Source of the DNA: Candidatus Pelearchaeum maunauluense | GTDB taxonomy: Archaea; Thermoproteota; Nitrososphaeria_A; Caldarchaeales; Caldarchaeaceae | Assembly: GCA_030059675.1 (NCBI GenBank) | Contig: JANVYQ010000001.1 | Coordinates: 224,001 to 288,000, forward strand | Reading direction: 5' to 3' | Length of the DNA stretch: 64,000 bases | Shown: positions 50,042 to 59,478 of the stretch, piece by piece | Numbering within the stretch: position 1 is the first letter of the stretch | Layout: each line of letters starts with the position of its first letter | Program-made: the position numbers and the translations under genes | The notes under the pieces: generated by a model | Seen by the model: the letters and a program-made list of their open reading frames with translations, nothing else | Told to the model about the DNA's origin: nothing | Database searches by the model: none

Positions 50042-50716
50042 TTATGGTTTAAATGGCCATTCCTCGTGCTTGTATGCGGCGTCCCAGAACAGGTATTCGT
50101 ATATTGTGGATGTTCTGAAGTGCCGCTTCATGGCTTTCTTCTCTTCTTCGCCAACCTTGGTGTATGTCTCCTCGGTTAGCCTTATGACGCGCTCAACTGC
50201 GCGTGCGTACTCTTTTGAGGAGTATGTGTCTATCCACCTCCTATACGCCTCGTTGGGTGAGCCATGTTCTAGGAGATGCTTACCAACCTCCCAGTAAACC
50301 CAGAAGCAGGGTAGTATCGCCGCAATCCCCTCGTGGAATGGTCTGGAATATGCTACTGCTGTAAGGTAGTTTGTGTATGCTGTGTCGGTCATGTTCATGG
50401 GTGTGTCGTATATCTTCTCTAGGTTCATGCCCCACTCTGATAGTAGGAACTCGTGGAGTGATGCGCGCTCTACTGTGAGAGCATCGAGGGCGCTTGTGAG
50501 GAGTATGGTGGCCGAGTCGTCGTCGGGAGCCTTAACCCCTACTAGAGCAACAGCCCGCGCAAACTGGCTCAGATACAACGCGTCTTGGATTACGTAGTCC
50601 TTGAAGGTTTCCATGGGTAGTGCGCCTGAGACGAGTCCCTGTATGAATGGATGCTCCAGTATGCCTTCATAAACATCGCTTATTAGCCTCCAAAGCTCCT
50701 CGCGTGGTTTGACCAT
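50042..50716 (-). CDS. tenA: Thiaminase II / TenA
   Basis: HPFIQGL, YVIQDALYL, ILPCFWVY, YRRWIDTY, YEYLFWD. Confidence 0.92.
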   Translation of the reverse strand: MVKPREELWRLISDVYEGILEHPFIQGLVSGALPMETFKDYVIQDALYLSQFARAVALVGVKAPDDDSATILLTSALDALTVERASLHEFLLSEWGMNLEKIYDTPMNMTDTAYTNYLTAVAYSRPFHEGIAAILPCFWVYWEVGKHLLEHGSPNEAYRRWIDTYSSKEYARAVERVIRLTEETYTKVGEEEKKAMKRHFRTSTIYEYLFWDAAYKHEEWPFKP

Positions 50717-50791
50717 GCTATAGTAGGTTGGAGTATCTCTAGATAAAACCTGCTGAGCGACGCGCAGACTGGAATATGTTGCTTGGCTGCT

Positions 50792-51109
50792 TTAGGGAGA
50801 TATTCTCCTGATGGCGAATGCCAGGTCCATCGGTATATCCTCGCTAAGCAGCCTGCTCAACTCAACAAGTATATCATGTACAAGAATGCGCGAGCCTGCG
50901 CCAAACAGATTCTCCAAAGCCTCTATGAACGCTTCAGGCTTCTTCACTATATCCTCCCGTTGTATCTGGTAGCTGTTCTCCAGGTGCCAGTAGATTATTC
51001 TCTTCGCATTCTCGCCTAGCCTGCCGAAGGCGCTGTCTACGGCGTTTAGCATCACAGCCTGCCCTGCTGAGGCTTCCATCATGTCCTCCCAATGATATCC
51101 CCGATTCAA
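50792..51109 (-). CDS. Small DUF3227/NitrOD5-like archaeal domain protein
   Basis: LGENAKRIIYWHLE...I..KPE.F..ALE.LFG.G pattern. Confidence 0.6.
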   Translation of the reverse strand: MNRGYHWEDMMEASAGQAVMLNAVDSAFGRLGENAKRIIYWHLENSYQIQREDIVKKPEAFIEALENLFGAGSRILVHDILVELSRLLSEDIPMDLAFAIRRISP

Positions 51110-51184
51110 GCCTATTCTAATTGATATTTCACAATAATATATATGTATAAGGCAGGTAAACCATATTAAAGATGGAAAACGGCG

Positions 51185-52228
51185 GTGAATGAGGTGAAGC
51201 TAGGCTCTACACCAACGGAAGAGGCGGTAGCTAGGGTAGTTGCGGCCGCCATGAAGTGGGGACCAACAAAGGTAGCTAGGATAGCTACCGAGTGCGGAAT
51301 CCCAACAGAGACTTGCCGCCACTACATTAAGACGCTCTTCAAGAAAGGCTACACTTTCACAGCCGTCGTTGACTATCATGCTCTTGGGCTACAGCAGTGT
51401 ATGGCGTTGCTGAGGCTAAGCCGCGAGTGGCGGCGTGGCTTGCGTGAGAATAATCTAGTCAGGTGGCTGGAGAGGATATATGCGGTATACCGCGCTGGCT
51501 TGGCTCAGGGTGGGGAGTATTTGTTCCACGTAGCGGTGCCGCAGGGTGAGGAGAGGGAGTATGTCAAGCTCCTTGAAGACCTTGTGGAGAAGGAGGTCAT
51601 AGAGCGGTATGAGTTCTACATGGTTAAGGACGGCTACTACGCGCCGCGCTGGATAAAGATGTACAGCCTCCTCCGCGACGCGTGGAGAAGCACGCCACTG
51701 GAGACCGAGATACAGAAAACCCCAATAACCTACAACAACGGAACAACAGACGTAGATAAGCTAGACCTCGCGATAATCCTCAGGCTGGAGATAGACCCAA
51801 GAAAACACAACCGCGAGATAGCCAAAGAAACAGGATACTCGGCGCAGCTCATAAGCTACCATAGACAGAAACATGTAGAAGGACAACGGCTCATAACGGG
51901 ATTTGTAGCAGAGCTAACTAGGGAGTCTCACGAGAGAAAGCTGCTGATTATAGCAACAAAGAGAGAAGAGCTCATAGACGAGGCTCTGTTGAATTATATG
52001 CATTTGAGGATTGAAACACCAGATAGTTATGTTATCTATCGTCTGCATCTTCCATTTCAACTACATACCAAGCTAACCCCAGATATTCAATCGCTCTTGT
52101 TGCATCATGATAAAATCATACGTTTCGGAATACCTCTGGAGCATTATAATGCTGATGGAGAGTGGACTAGCATTAGGCTATTCTTACAGAATGTTGATGA
52201 GGTTGTCGCTACAATTCGGCGAGAATAA
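51185..52228 (+). CDS. Large regulator with duplicated Lrp/AsnC-like HTH modules
   Basis: N-terminal HTH (KVARIATECGIPTETCRHYI..VDYHALGL) and a second HTH (VDKLDLAIILRLE.DPR..REIAKETGYS.QLISYH). Confidence 0.75.
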   Translation: MNEVKLGSTPTEEAVARVVAAAMKWGPTKVARIATECGIPTETCRHYIKTLFKKGYTFTAVVDYHALGLQQCMALLRLSREWRRGLRENNLVRWLERIYAVYRAGLAQGGEYLFHVAVPQGEEREYVKLLEDLVEKEVIERYEFYMVKDGYYAPRWIKMYSLLRDAWRSTPLETEIQKTPITYNNGTTDVDKLDLAIILRLEIDPRKHNREIAKETGYSAQLISYHRQKHVEGQRLITGFVAELTRESHERKLLIIATKREELIDEALLNYMHLRIETPDSYVIYRLHLPFQLHTKLTPDIQSLLLHHDKIIRFGIPLEHYNADGEWTSIRLFLQNVDEVVATIRRE

Positions 52229-52278
52229 CAAAAGAGGTAGAAGGTTGAGAAAATAGAGGAGGGTGGAGATAGCTTTAG

Positions 52279-52431
52279 CTAGCTTAAATCCCATCCTGGT
52301 AGTGGTGGTCCTGCGTTAGCTGATATTATGAGCTGTAGCGCTAGTAGGGCTGTTAGGGTTGCTAGGCCTAGGACTGTCCATTTTGACGGCTTTGTTGCGA
52401 AAAGGCTTCGTATCGCGAATATGCGTATCAT
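52279..52431 (-). CDS. Unannotated 50-aa precursor: signal peptide + 10-aa C-terminal peptide GPPLPGWDLS
   Basis: MIRIFAIRSLFATKPSKWTVLGLATLTALLALQLIISANA|GPPLPGWDLS*; upstream AAGGAG and TTTATATA (52502-52509); downstream pyrimidine-rich tract. Confidence 0.65.
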   Translation of the reverse strand: MIRIFAIRSLFATKPSKWTVLGLATLTALLALQLIISANAGPPLPGWDLS

Positions 52432-52586
52432 ACTCCTTATACACCGCTATTTTCTAGACTTAGGTTGGAGATAACTTTTTCGTTTTGATTTCTCATGATA
52501 GTATATAAAGCTTTAGCAGATTATAAACCATAAAACAAAACAACCAAAGTAAGGATGTTTGAAAAAGGAAAGAGAGTTTTCGGGGT

Positions 52587-53279
52587 TTAACGCCTCTTCC
52601 TCTGGTATTCGTAGGACTCTCCTGGGTTTAGGACTACCACTTTAACGCCCTTGGCTTTTCTCTTGACTAGGCGGGCAAACTCGTTGGGGTCTTGTTTTAT
52701 CGCGTCAAAGGTGTTGTAGTGCATGGGTATCGCTACTTTTGGTTTTATGAGCGCCGCTGCTACCGCTGCTTCTGTCGGGCTCATGGTGAATAGGCTTCCT
52801 ATCGGTAGTAGTGCTATGTCTGGCTTGTAGAGCTGTCCTATCAGCTTCATGTCGCCGAAGAGTCCTGTGTCGCCTGCGTGGTAAATTGTTGCTTCTTCGC
52901 CTCGTATGATTATGCCGCATGGGTTTCCTGAGTGGTGTGCTGGTGTGAGCGCCGCTCTTATCCCCTCAACATCAAAGAAGCCGCCTATGTTAGCGCCTAG
53001 GGTTTTCTCCACACCCGCGTCGCTGGCCTTGACGGTCAGCTCATACATGCCAACAACGGTGGCGCCCAGCCTCTTAGCAAGCTCAAAAGCATCACCCACA
53101 TGGTCAAAATGCTCGTGGGAGACGAAGACGATGTCAGCCCTGTCTATCTCCTCAGGCTTCACAGAGGCAACAGGGTTCTGCGACAGGAATGGGTCTATGA
53201 GAATCACCTTACCGTCCAGCTCAATACGCCACGCGGCATGACCGAGCCACTCAAGACGCGCCATACAAAACACCAGCAA
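52587..53279 (-). CDS. UPF0173 metallo-beta-lactamase-fold hydrolase
   Basis: WLGHAA, IDPF, SHEHFDH, YHAGDT, LLPIG, PMHYNTF. Confidence 0.92.
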   Translation of the reverse strand: MLVFCMARLEWLGHAAWRIELDGKVILIDPFLSQNPVASVKPEEIDRADIVFVSHEHFDHVGDAFELAKRLGATVVGMYELTVKASDAGVEKTLGANIGGFFDVEGIRAALTPAHHSGNPCGIIIRGEEATIYHAGDTGLFGDMKLIGQLYKPDIALLPIGSLFTMSPTEAAVAAALIKPKVAIPMHYNTFDAIKQDPNEFARLVKRKAKGVKVVVLNPGESYEYQRKRR

Positions 53280-53349
53280 TAACGGGGTGTGCTGACACTA
53301 TTTAAACAGAAGGAGCATTATTGTAGAGATTTAAGAGAGAGACGAATGC

Positions 53350-53736
53350 TTGGATAATGTTGGGATGGGTCTCGTCTATGTGAATGGCTCAGTAGCCTAT
53401 GGCGGGAAGAGGGTTAGGGTCAGCTTCTTAGTGGATTCATGCGCCACCTATACTGTCTTGAAGAAAGCTGTCTGGGCTGAGCTGGGCTTAAAGCCTATGA
53501 GGGAGTCCGAGTTCATACTGGCTGACGGCACGGTGATAAAGAGAGCGTTATCAGAGGCCTTGATAGAGCTTCCAGGCTATGGAGAGTATCACAGCCCAGT
53601 AGTCTTAGGCGAGGAGGAAGACGAAAACATGCTGGGAGCGGTAACTCTTGAGATATTCGGGCTGGTTTTAGACCCGTTTAAACGCGAGCTAAGGCCTATA
53701 AGGTCTTTGATGAAGCTTCTAGCCGCTAAGCTCTAG
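53350..53736 (+). CDS. Clan AA retroviral-like aspartyl protease (DSG motif altered to DSC)
   Basis: FLVDSCATYTVL, LADG, LGAVTLEIFGLVLDP. Confidence 0.8.
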   Translation: MDNVGMGLVYVNGSVAYGGKRVRVSFLVDSCATYTVLKKAVWAELGLKPMRESEFILADGTVIKRALSEALIELPGYGEYHSPVVLGEEEDENMLGAVTLEIFGLVLDPFKRELRPIRSLMKLLAAKL

Positions 53737-54115
53737 GTAGAGCTTCACGGCAAGCTCGGCGAATCTTGGGTCGTTAATGTCGGTGCCCAACTCCTCTATG
53801 GCTACGTTTCTGCCTAGCTGTTGTTTTAGGCGTTCTACGAAGAGCTTATTGCTCCCAGGCTCGTATAGCTCTCCGCCCTCTACGTCTAGGACTGACCAGC
53901 CCCTCGTGGGTATTACGAATGCTATCCCCCTTTTGAATTGGTTTAGCTTCTGGGCTAGCGTGTCGCATACCTGCATGAGCTCCTCGCGGATTAGCCTGAC
54001 GTTGAGGTTGTATGGGTTGTGGGTGGATTTTACATCCCTCCCTGAAGCGTTGGGGTATGCTCTCAAGGGGGCCGAAGACAAGGTAGTTGATGCTCCCTGG
54101 AGCAGCGACTAGCGG
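53719..54115 (-). pseudogene. C-terminal fragment of a Tm-1-like/UPF0261 ATP-binding protein, frameshifted
   Basis: APGS..FGPLESIPQRF, then HNP..R, IPTRGWS.LD.EG, DINDPRFA in another frame. Confidence 0.7.
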
Positions 54116-54290
54116 CGGTACGCGCTCAGCAAGCGCGAACGCAGTAGAGTAGGACGGATGACCATGAATAACAGCGTTCAACTCAGGCCTAGCCTTGTAA
54201 ATCCCTAGGTGGAAGCGATACTCCTTAGAGGGCTGCCCCTCCCCCAAAGCTTACGCCCCTCAAGGTCTATAACGCTCATCATGACGAGCA
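54116..54290 (-). pseudogene. Internal fragment of a class II aldolase/adducin protein
   Basis: IDLEG..PSKEYRFHLGIYKARPELNAVIHGHP.YSTAFA. Confidence 0.75.
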
Positions 54291-54299
54291 TCCTATCGC

Positions 54300-54650
54300 T
54301 GTGGTAGTTACCCCCCTCTTGGGCAGCCCCACTCCTAGGCCTCCTCCCCAACCTCCTTATCAAATCCCTATACCTCTTGCCTTTGAGGCCTGCCGTTATG
54401 AAGTCTCCGTCCGCCTCGATCACGCCTGACAGCCTAGCCACGTCCGTCTGACTAGATAGGATGGGTAGAATCTTATACACGGTGCCACATCCTATCTTGA
54501 GGGGTAGGCCGTGATGGAGGTGTTCACGAAGAGAAGGACGAACTCTACTAGGCTTAGCCTAGAGTAGTGCAGCAATGTTCCAGTCTTGTCGTTAAAGCTC
54601 CCACCACATCCCCTGCAGAGATACCTACCCCACCTCTTAAACAACCCCTT
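54300..54650 (-). mobile_element. IS1595 (ISXO2-like) transposase remnant
   Basis: RYLCRGCGGSFNDKTGT Zn-ribbon and LSGVIEAD..ITAGLKG catalytic start; broken frames. Confidence 0.7.
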
Positions 54651-54741
54651 ATCCAGACACTATTGTTAAAGTTTAAAAATAACTTAATCGAATAGTATGA
54701 ATGGATAAGACAAGCCGCAGGGCCCTCGAATGGGGGCTCTG

Positions 54742-55254
54742 CTATAATCGTGTCTCTTCTATTATGTCGTATATATAGGTTACTTTATCTGCTAGTAGTT
54801 TCAAGTCTCTTCCTAGAGCGTCTTTAAACGAGGCTATCTCCACTCGTTTTCCTTGGTCTTTTACAGTCTTCACGGCTTCTATGTAATCCGAGTCCCCACT
54901 AACCAGTATAGCCGTATCGTATGCATTCCTAAATGCAAGCGTTATCAGTTTAGTTACTAACGCAACATCGACGCCCTTTTCTATTCTTATCGATTGTCCT
55001 TGAAACTGTCTCTCCCTTAGAGGCCTTGCGAACACCTCTATCCCGTTGAGGCTTAGGTTATCGTAGAACTTCTGAGGCTTCTTATCAGGATGGTATGAGC
55101 CGAAGAATTAACTCCTAACAAGATACCTATCCCCGCAGAGTGATTTAACAAGCTTAAGATAGTCAATCCTTAGTTGTTTCTTGTTTCTAGCACTCCACCG
55201 ATTAGCCGAGTGCAAAACATTAGAACCATCTATGAAAATCATTACCCGCTCCAA
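54742..55254 (-). pseudogene. NYN (LabA/DUF88 PIN-like) ribonuclease with premature TAA at 55108-55110
   Basis: IFIDGSN..RS*FFG..EKGVDVAL..LVSGDSDY..GKRVE, all in one frame. Confidence 0.85.
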
Positions 55255-55255
55255 A

Positions 55256-56350
55256 TCAATCACTCAACCCAAGCTCCTTAAGCAGTCGTGGGTTTTTCTT
55301 CGCTATTAACTCTGTTAACCGTTCGTAAAATTCGACAGCTTCTTCTAATGCTTTAACCTTCTCTGATTCTAGCGGAGTATATAATGCGCCGAATATCCTC
55401 ATCGCCTTATCGGCCTTCTCCATCTCGGCTTTTATCATCTCAGGCTGCGGCAAATAATACACCTTCTCAACCATACCAGTGTTATGCTCCATCCAAAGGT
55501 CTATCAACTGCTTATTCACCCCTGCGCCTTCTAGCTGTGTCCGAAACCAATTCCGAAAAACATGTGGATGCAAAACATAGGCCGAGCCGTCAGGCGTCTT
55601 CATATCTAAACCTAATCGCTTGAGCAAAGCACCATACTCCTCGTAGAAACGGTTCTTCGGTATTGGTTTCTCAGGATCGCCATTAACGTGAAACACATAT
55701 CCCCTGTTTAGTTTCGCTTCATGAATGTAGCGCTCAAGCTCGGCTTTCAGCTCAGAGAATATAGGAACATCACGGGGGTATCCGCTCTTTGTAATCTCCC
55801 CAGGTAGGTGAATCGTGTTATTTTCAAGGTCAATATATTCAACTCGCAGTTTCAAAGCCTCGCCTAAACGTAATCCTGTCAGAGGCAGGAGATGAAGCAA
55901 CAACCTCATACGTCTAGACCGTGTAGCCATTATTAGCCGCTGCAGCTCGCTTAATGAAGGGATGCGGTCTATCCTGCGCGGTGATTTCTTAGGTAGCTTA
56001 ACCTTCCGCTCAGGTATGCTGATCTCATAATAGTCAAGGAAGGATCGTAGTAGGTAGAGGCGAAACCTTATGCTCTTCGGAGATAACCCCTTCTCAACCA
56101 GCTGGTTTACGAATAGTTGCAGGCCATCCAGTAGTTTACGCCTATTTCCCCTGCCTAACTCGATAAGTTCAGAAATACTAAATACGCCAAGAATATCTCT
56201 AAGCTCCTCCAAGCTCTTAACAAGGGTAGAGTCCTGTCGACGCTTAACCAACTGCGGATTCAGCCTTAAATACGGTTCAATACATTCCTCAACTGATGAC
56301 TCCCCACCACCACGCCCATACCACGACATCAACAGAAATAGGGAGAGCAA
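55256..56350 (-). CDS. Tyrosine recombinase / site-specific integrase
   Basis: TGLRLGE (R), ITKSG (K), HVFR (HxxR), WMEH, VYY (Y); adjacent to a tRNA; AT-richer than neighbours. Confidence 0.9.
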   Translation of the reverse strand: MLSLFLLMSWYGRGGGESSVEECIEPYLRLNPQLVKRRQDSTLVKSLEELRDILGVFSISELIELGRGNRRKLLDGLQLFVNQLVEKGLSPKSIRFRLYLLRSFLDYYEISIPERKVKLPKKSPRRIDRIPSLSELQRLIMATRSRRMRLLLHLLPLTGLRLGEALKLRVEYIDLENNTIHLPGEITKSGYPRDVPIFSELKAELERYIHEAKLNRGYVFHVNGDPEKPIPKNRFYEEYGALLKRLGLDMKTPDGSAYVLHPHVFRNWFRTQLEGAGVNKQLIDLWMEHNTGMVEKVYYLPQPEMIKAEMEKADKAMRIFGALYTPLESEKVKALEEAVEFYERLTELIAKKNPRLLKELGLSD

Positions 56351-56382
56351 AATATTTAAAAATAGTGTTTAGCACCGAACAT

Positions 56383-56457
56383 GGGCCCGTAGCTCAGCCA
56401 GGATAGAGCACCGGGCTTTTAACCCGGGGGTCGCGGGTTCAAAGCCCGCCGGGCCCG
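56383..56457 (+). tRNA. tRNA-Lys (anticodon UUU), intronless, CCA not encoded
   Basis: Cloverleaf: GGGCCCG/CGGGCCC acceptor, GCTC/GAGC D-stem, CCGGG-CTTTTAA-CCCGG anticodon arm, GCGGG-TTCAAAG-CCCGC T-arm; TATA-like tttaaa ~25 nt upstream. Confidence 0.97.
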
Positions 56458-56461
56458 GTTG

Positions 56462-56623
56462 TTATCTTGTTTTTAGTATGAGGAGGAGTAGTGCCATGCC
56501 TATTATGAAGAGGATTAGGCCTGTGAGTTCTATTATTAGTCTCCAGCTTAGTGCTGCTCCTATTATTATGAGGAGTAGGGCTAGTATGAGGAGGAGTGGT
56601 TTTGCTGTTTTTAGTTGTGGCAC
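56462..56623 (-). CDS. Unannotated 53-aa two-helix membrane protein
   Basis: GTG start; MPQLKTAKPLLLILALLLIIIGAALSWRLIIELTGLILFIIGMALLLLILKTR*; downstream of the hydantoinase on the same strand. Confidence 0.55.
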   Translation of the reverse strand: MPQLKTAKPLLLILALLLIIIGAALSWRLIIELTGLILFIIGMALLLLILKTR

Positions 56624-56671
56624 TTCTGGTCGTTTTCTTTGTTTGTTTTGTTGATATAATGTTTTTGGTTG

Positions 56672-58255
56672 TTACATGGAGAGGGCTCCTGCTGCCTTTA
56701 CTCTTATTCTTATGGCGTTTCCTGGTAGGTATGCTAGTGGTATCTCGTCAACTTCTACGACTTGTACTGTGTCTGGTTTGGCTCCTGCTCTTATTGCTTC
56801 TTGTATTGCCATTTCTTTTGCCTGTTTTATCGCTTCGTCGCGACTCATGTGATCTAGTGTGAATATTCTGTCTATCTCTCCGCTTACCTGTGCTATTGCT
56901 GCTCCTATTGCGTTGGCGAACTGGAAGTGTTCTGGCCTTATTACGCGTGAGACTCCCTTCAGCTTGTCGTAGTGTGATGGTGGTATGATTATTCCGCCTC
57001 CACCCACTAGGACGACTGGGAGGGGCTCTGGGCTTGTCTTCATCTTGTCTATTGAGTTCTCCACTAGGCTTATGATTTTGCTTACCGCGCGTGTTAGGAA
57101 GTTGCCGTCAAGGTTCTTGAGTCTGTTTAGGTCTATTCTTGGGTCTTCTATCTTGGCGTAGCCCAATGCCAGTGCTACGTCTGTTGTTGTTATAGTATCT
57201 CCTCCCCATGCGAGGCCTTTTCTAACGATGTCGTAGCCTACGCTCTGCGGGCCTATCTCCACGTCTGAGTCTGTTTTTCTTACTATTGTTCCTCCACCGC
57301 AGCCTATCGCTATTAGGTCTGGCATTCTGAAGTTTGTGCGCACACCGCCTATCTCCACCGCGACCGCCGACTCGCGTGGGAAGCCTCTCACAAGAGCGCC
57401 TACTAGGGTTGTTGTCCCGCCTATGTCTACGACTATTCCGTCTTGTAGCTGTGTTAGGTGTGCTGCTCCCCTTATGCTGTTTGTGGGGCCTGAGGCTACT
57501 GTTCTTATTGGATACTTTCGCGCGTAGTCTGCTGACATTAGTGTGCCGTCGTTTTGGGTGAGGTAGAGCTTGGCCTTGTTGAGGCCTGCTTCGCGCATCG
57601 CGTTTTCAAACGCGCTTATCGCTGCTTCTGCGATGCTTATCACCGCGGCGTTGAGTATAGCCGCGCTCTCCCGCTCAAGGAGCCCTATGCTCCCAATCTC
57701 ATGTGAGAGCGTTACGGGGAAGTTCTGTCCAAGCTCTTCCGCTATTATCTCTGCTGCTCTTTTCTCGTGGTCTGTTGAGACTGGTGAGAAGACTGAGCAT
57801 ATGGCTATTGTCTCGGCTTTCTGTTCGCGCATTTTGCGCGCCGCTTCTCTCAGCTCCTTCTCGTCTAGTGGCGCTATCTCGCGGCCATCGTATTCGTGGC
57901 CGCCTGATATGATTGTCCATAGGTTTCCCACAGCTTCGCGTAGGTCTGCTGGGAATGCGCGTAGGGGCTTTATCGCTAGTGTGGCTGGCTTCGCTATTCG
58001 TATGACGCCAACCCTGTTGAGCCGTTTCCGCTCAACTATCGCGTTGGTGCAGTGCGTGGTTCCCAGCATGGCTGCCTGAATCTCCTCTGGGTCTACGTCG
58101 CTTCCCTTCAGTACATCCCGTAATGCGTTGAGGATTCCCGTTGTTACGTCTGGTGTTGTCTGCGTCTTGACAGCATATACGAGGTTGTTCTTCTCGTCTA
58201 GGATTACGGCGTCGGTGTGTGTTCCGCCTACGTCTATCCCTATTCTGAGCGGCAT
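56672..58255 (-). CDS. Hydantoinase/oxoprolinase family protein (HyuA-like, short form)
   Basis: IGIDVGGTHTDAV, GTTHCTNA, GGHEYDG, SGPTNSIRGA, VDIGGTT, GFPRES. Confidence 0.92.
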   Translation of the reverse strand: MPLRIGIDVGGTHTDAVILDEKNNLVYAVKTQTTPDVTTGILNALRDVLKGSDVDPEEIQAAMLGTTHCTNAIVERKRLNRVGVIRIAKPATLAIKPLRAFPADLREAVGNLWTIISGGHEYDGREIAPLDEKELREAARKMREQKAETIAICSVFSPVSTDHEKRAAEIIAEELGQNFPVTLSHEIGSIGLLERESAAILNAAVISIAEAAISAFENAMREAGLNKAKLYLTQNDGTLMSADYARKYPIRTVASGPTNSIRGAAHLTQLQDGIVVDIGGTTTLVGALVRGFPRESAVAVEIGGVRTNFRMPDLIAIGCGGGTIVRKTDSDVEIGPQSVGYDIVRKGLAWGGDTITTTDVALALGYAKIEDPRIDLNRLKNLDGNFLTRAVSKIISLVENSIDKMKTSPEPLPVVLVGGGGIIIPPSHYDKLKGVSRVIRPEHFQFANAIGAAIAQVSGEIDRIFTLDHMSRDEAIKQAKEMAIQEAIRAGAKPDTVQVVEVDEIPLAYLPGNAIRIRVKAAGALSM

Positions 58256-58265
58256 CTTCCTTTCT

Positions 58266-59342
58266 TCACCTCTTGCACATCCTCTCCTCTATTGGTATGT
58301 AATCTATGTCGTAGCCGAAGTATCTGGGGCCTACTACCTCTAGTGCTTTTGGTGTTCGCCACTTGGGGTTGCATGGGATTCCCACGACTACCGCCCTGTA
58401 TCCGTATCTCAGTCCCTCAGTTGTTATTGGCTGGCCTGTCTCCGCCTCCAATACTGTTATCAGGTCTGGGACGCTCGCGACTATCTCTCCATCCCTTATC
58501 GCTACGAGGTTCTCGTTTTGGAATCTTATCAAAAGCTCGTGGCCTGAGTATTCGTCTATCCCCTCAAACCTGGCCTCCCCTCTGGCGAAGCCAGCGACGG
58601 TTCTGCGCATCACATCAACTATCTTTCCCCTGAATATCTCGTAGCCCTTAACGTATTCAAGCATGGCTTGTATTGGGTTCTTCTTGTTCTCTCTCAGTAT
58701 CCTGCCTATGGTCTCGGCCATCGTGATTGAGCCATGAACGGTTGCTTCCTTGATTTGTTTGCCTGTCATGGTGTATAGCGCTATTACGGCTGAGCCACCC
58801 ATCACCACCGTTGCTGCTCTTGAGATACGCTCCGTCCATATGTTGTCTATAGTGTCTAGCATGACGAGATTCCCCTTCTCATCAACCATTATCATGGGTG
58901 TGGCTTTGACGCCGTAGAGATGGGGGACGACCATCTGTATCTCTGGGAACGCTCTCCCCATGCCGTCGCAATCAACTATAGGCACGCCCAGCCGCGCGGC
59001 TACCGCGAGCGGTATGGTTGAGTTTATGCCACCTGCCTCTATAGACATGGTTGCAACAGCCTTCTTACCAAAGCGCTTCTCAAGTATTCTGAATGCTTCA
59101 AGAGCCTCGTCCCCGCGTGGTATCTTCTCTATGATTACTGTAGGAGCGCCCATCATGGCTGTCGGTATAACGAGGTCATCATCGCTCACCTCTTCTGGGC
59201 TCAGGAGCTTGATGGGGCCATGCTCACTTATCGCGTCTATCGCCATTAGCTTGCCGATATACGGGTCTCCACCGCCTCCTGTTCCGAGAACAGCCGCGCC
59301 TATCGCTATATCCTCCACAGCACGCTCATCCAGCAAGCGCAT
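58266..59342 (-). CDS. DUF917 family protein
   Basis: GAAVLGTGGGGDP, MMGAP, EAGGINS, DCDGMGRAFPEIQM, FQNEN, VPDLI, VGPRYFG. Confidence 0.92.
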   Translation of the reverse strand: MRLLDERAVEDIAIGAAVLGTGGGGDPYIGKLMAIDAISEHGPIKLLSPEEVSDDDLVIPTAMMGAPTVIIEKIPRGDEALEAFRILEKRFGKKAVATMSIEAGGINSTIPLAVAARLGVPIVDCDGMGRAFPEIQMVVPHLYGVKATPMIMVDEKGNLVMLDTIDNIWTERISRAATVVMGGSAVIALYTMTGKQIKEATVHGSITMAETIGRILRENKKNPIQAMLEYVKGYEIFRGKIVDVMRRTVAGFARGEARFEGIDEYSGHELLIRFQNENLVAIRDGEIVASVPDLITVLEAETGQPITTEGLRYGYRAVVVGIPCNPKWRTPKALEVVGPRYFGYDIDYIPIEERMCKR

Positions 59343-59478
59343 AGGCTTTCGGCTACGTGGAATATTAGATAATTAATTAGCATTAATTAGTGTTGGTTAA
59401 ATATACGATAATTGTTGGGGTTTTTGTTCTGAGAAACTTTAGTAAAGTTTATATAACTCCTATAAAGTTTTTCCGCGC

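Noticed and set aside
54715-54741. GC-rich gggccctcgaatgggggctc as the second att site
   Set aside because: It shares only GGGCCC with tRNA-Lys; it is more likely a small hairpin or terminator after the NYN gene.
56596-56862. Leu/Val-rich 88-aa ORF on the + strand
   Set aside because: It is antisense to the hydantoinase 3' end, and its hydrophobicity is a by-product of the local G/T skew.
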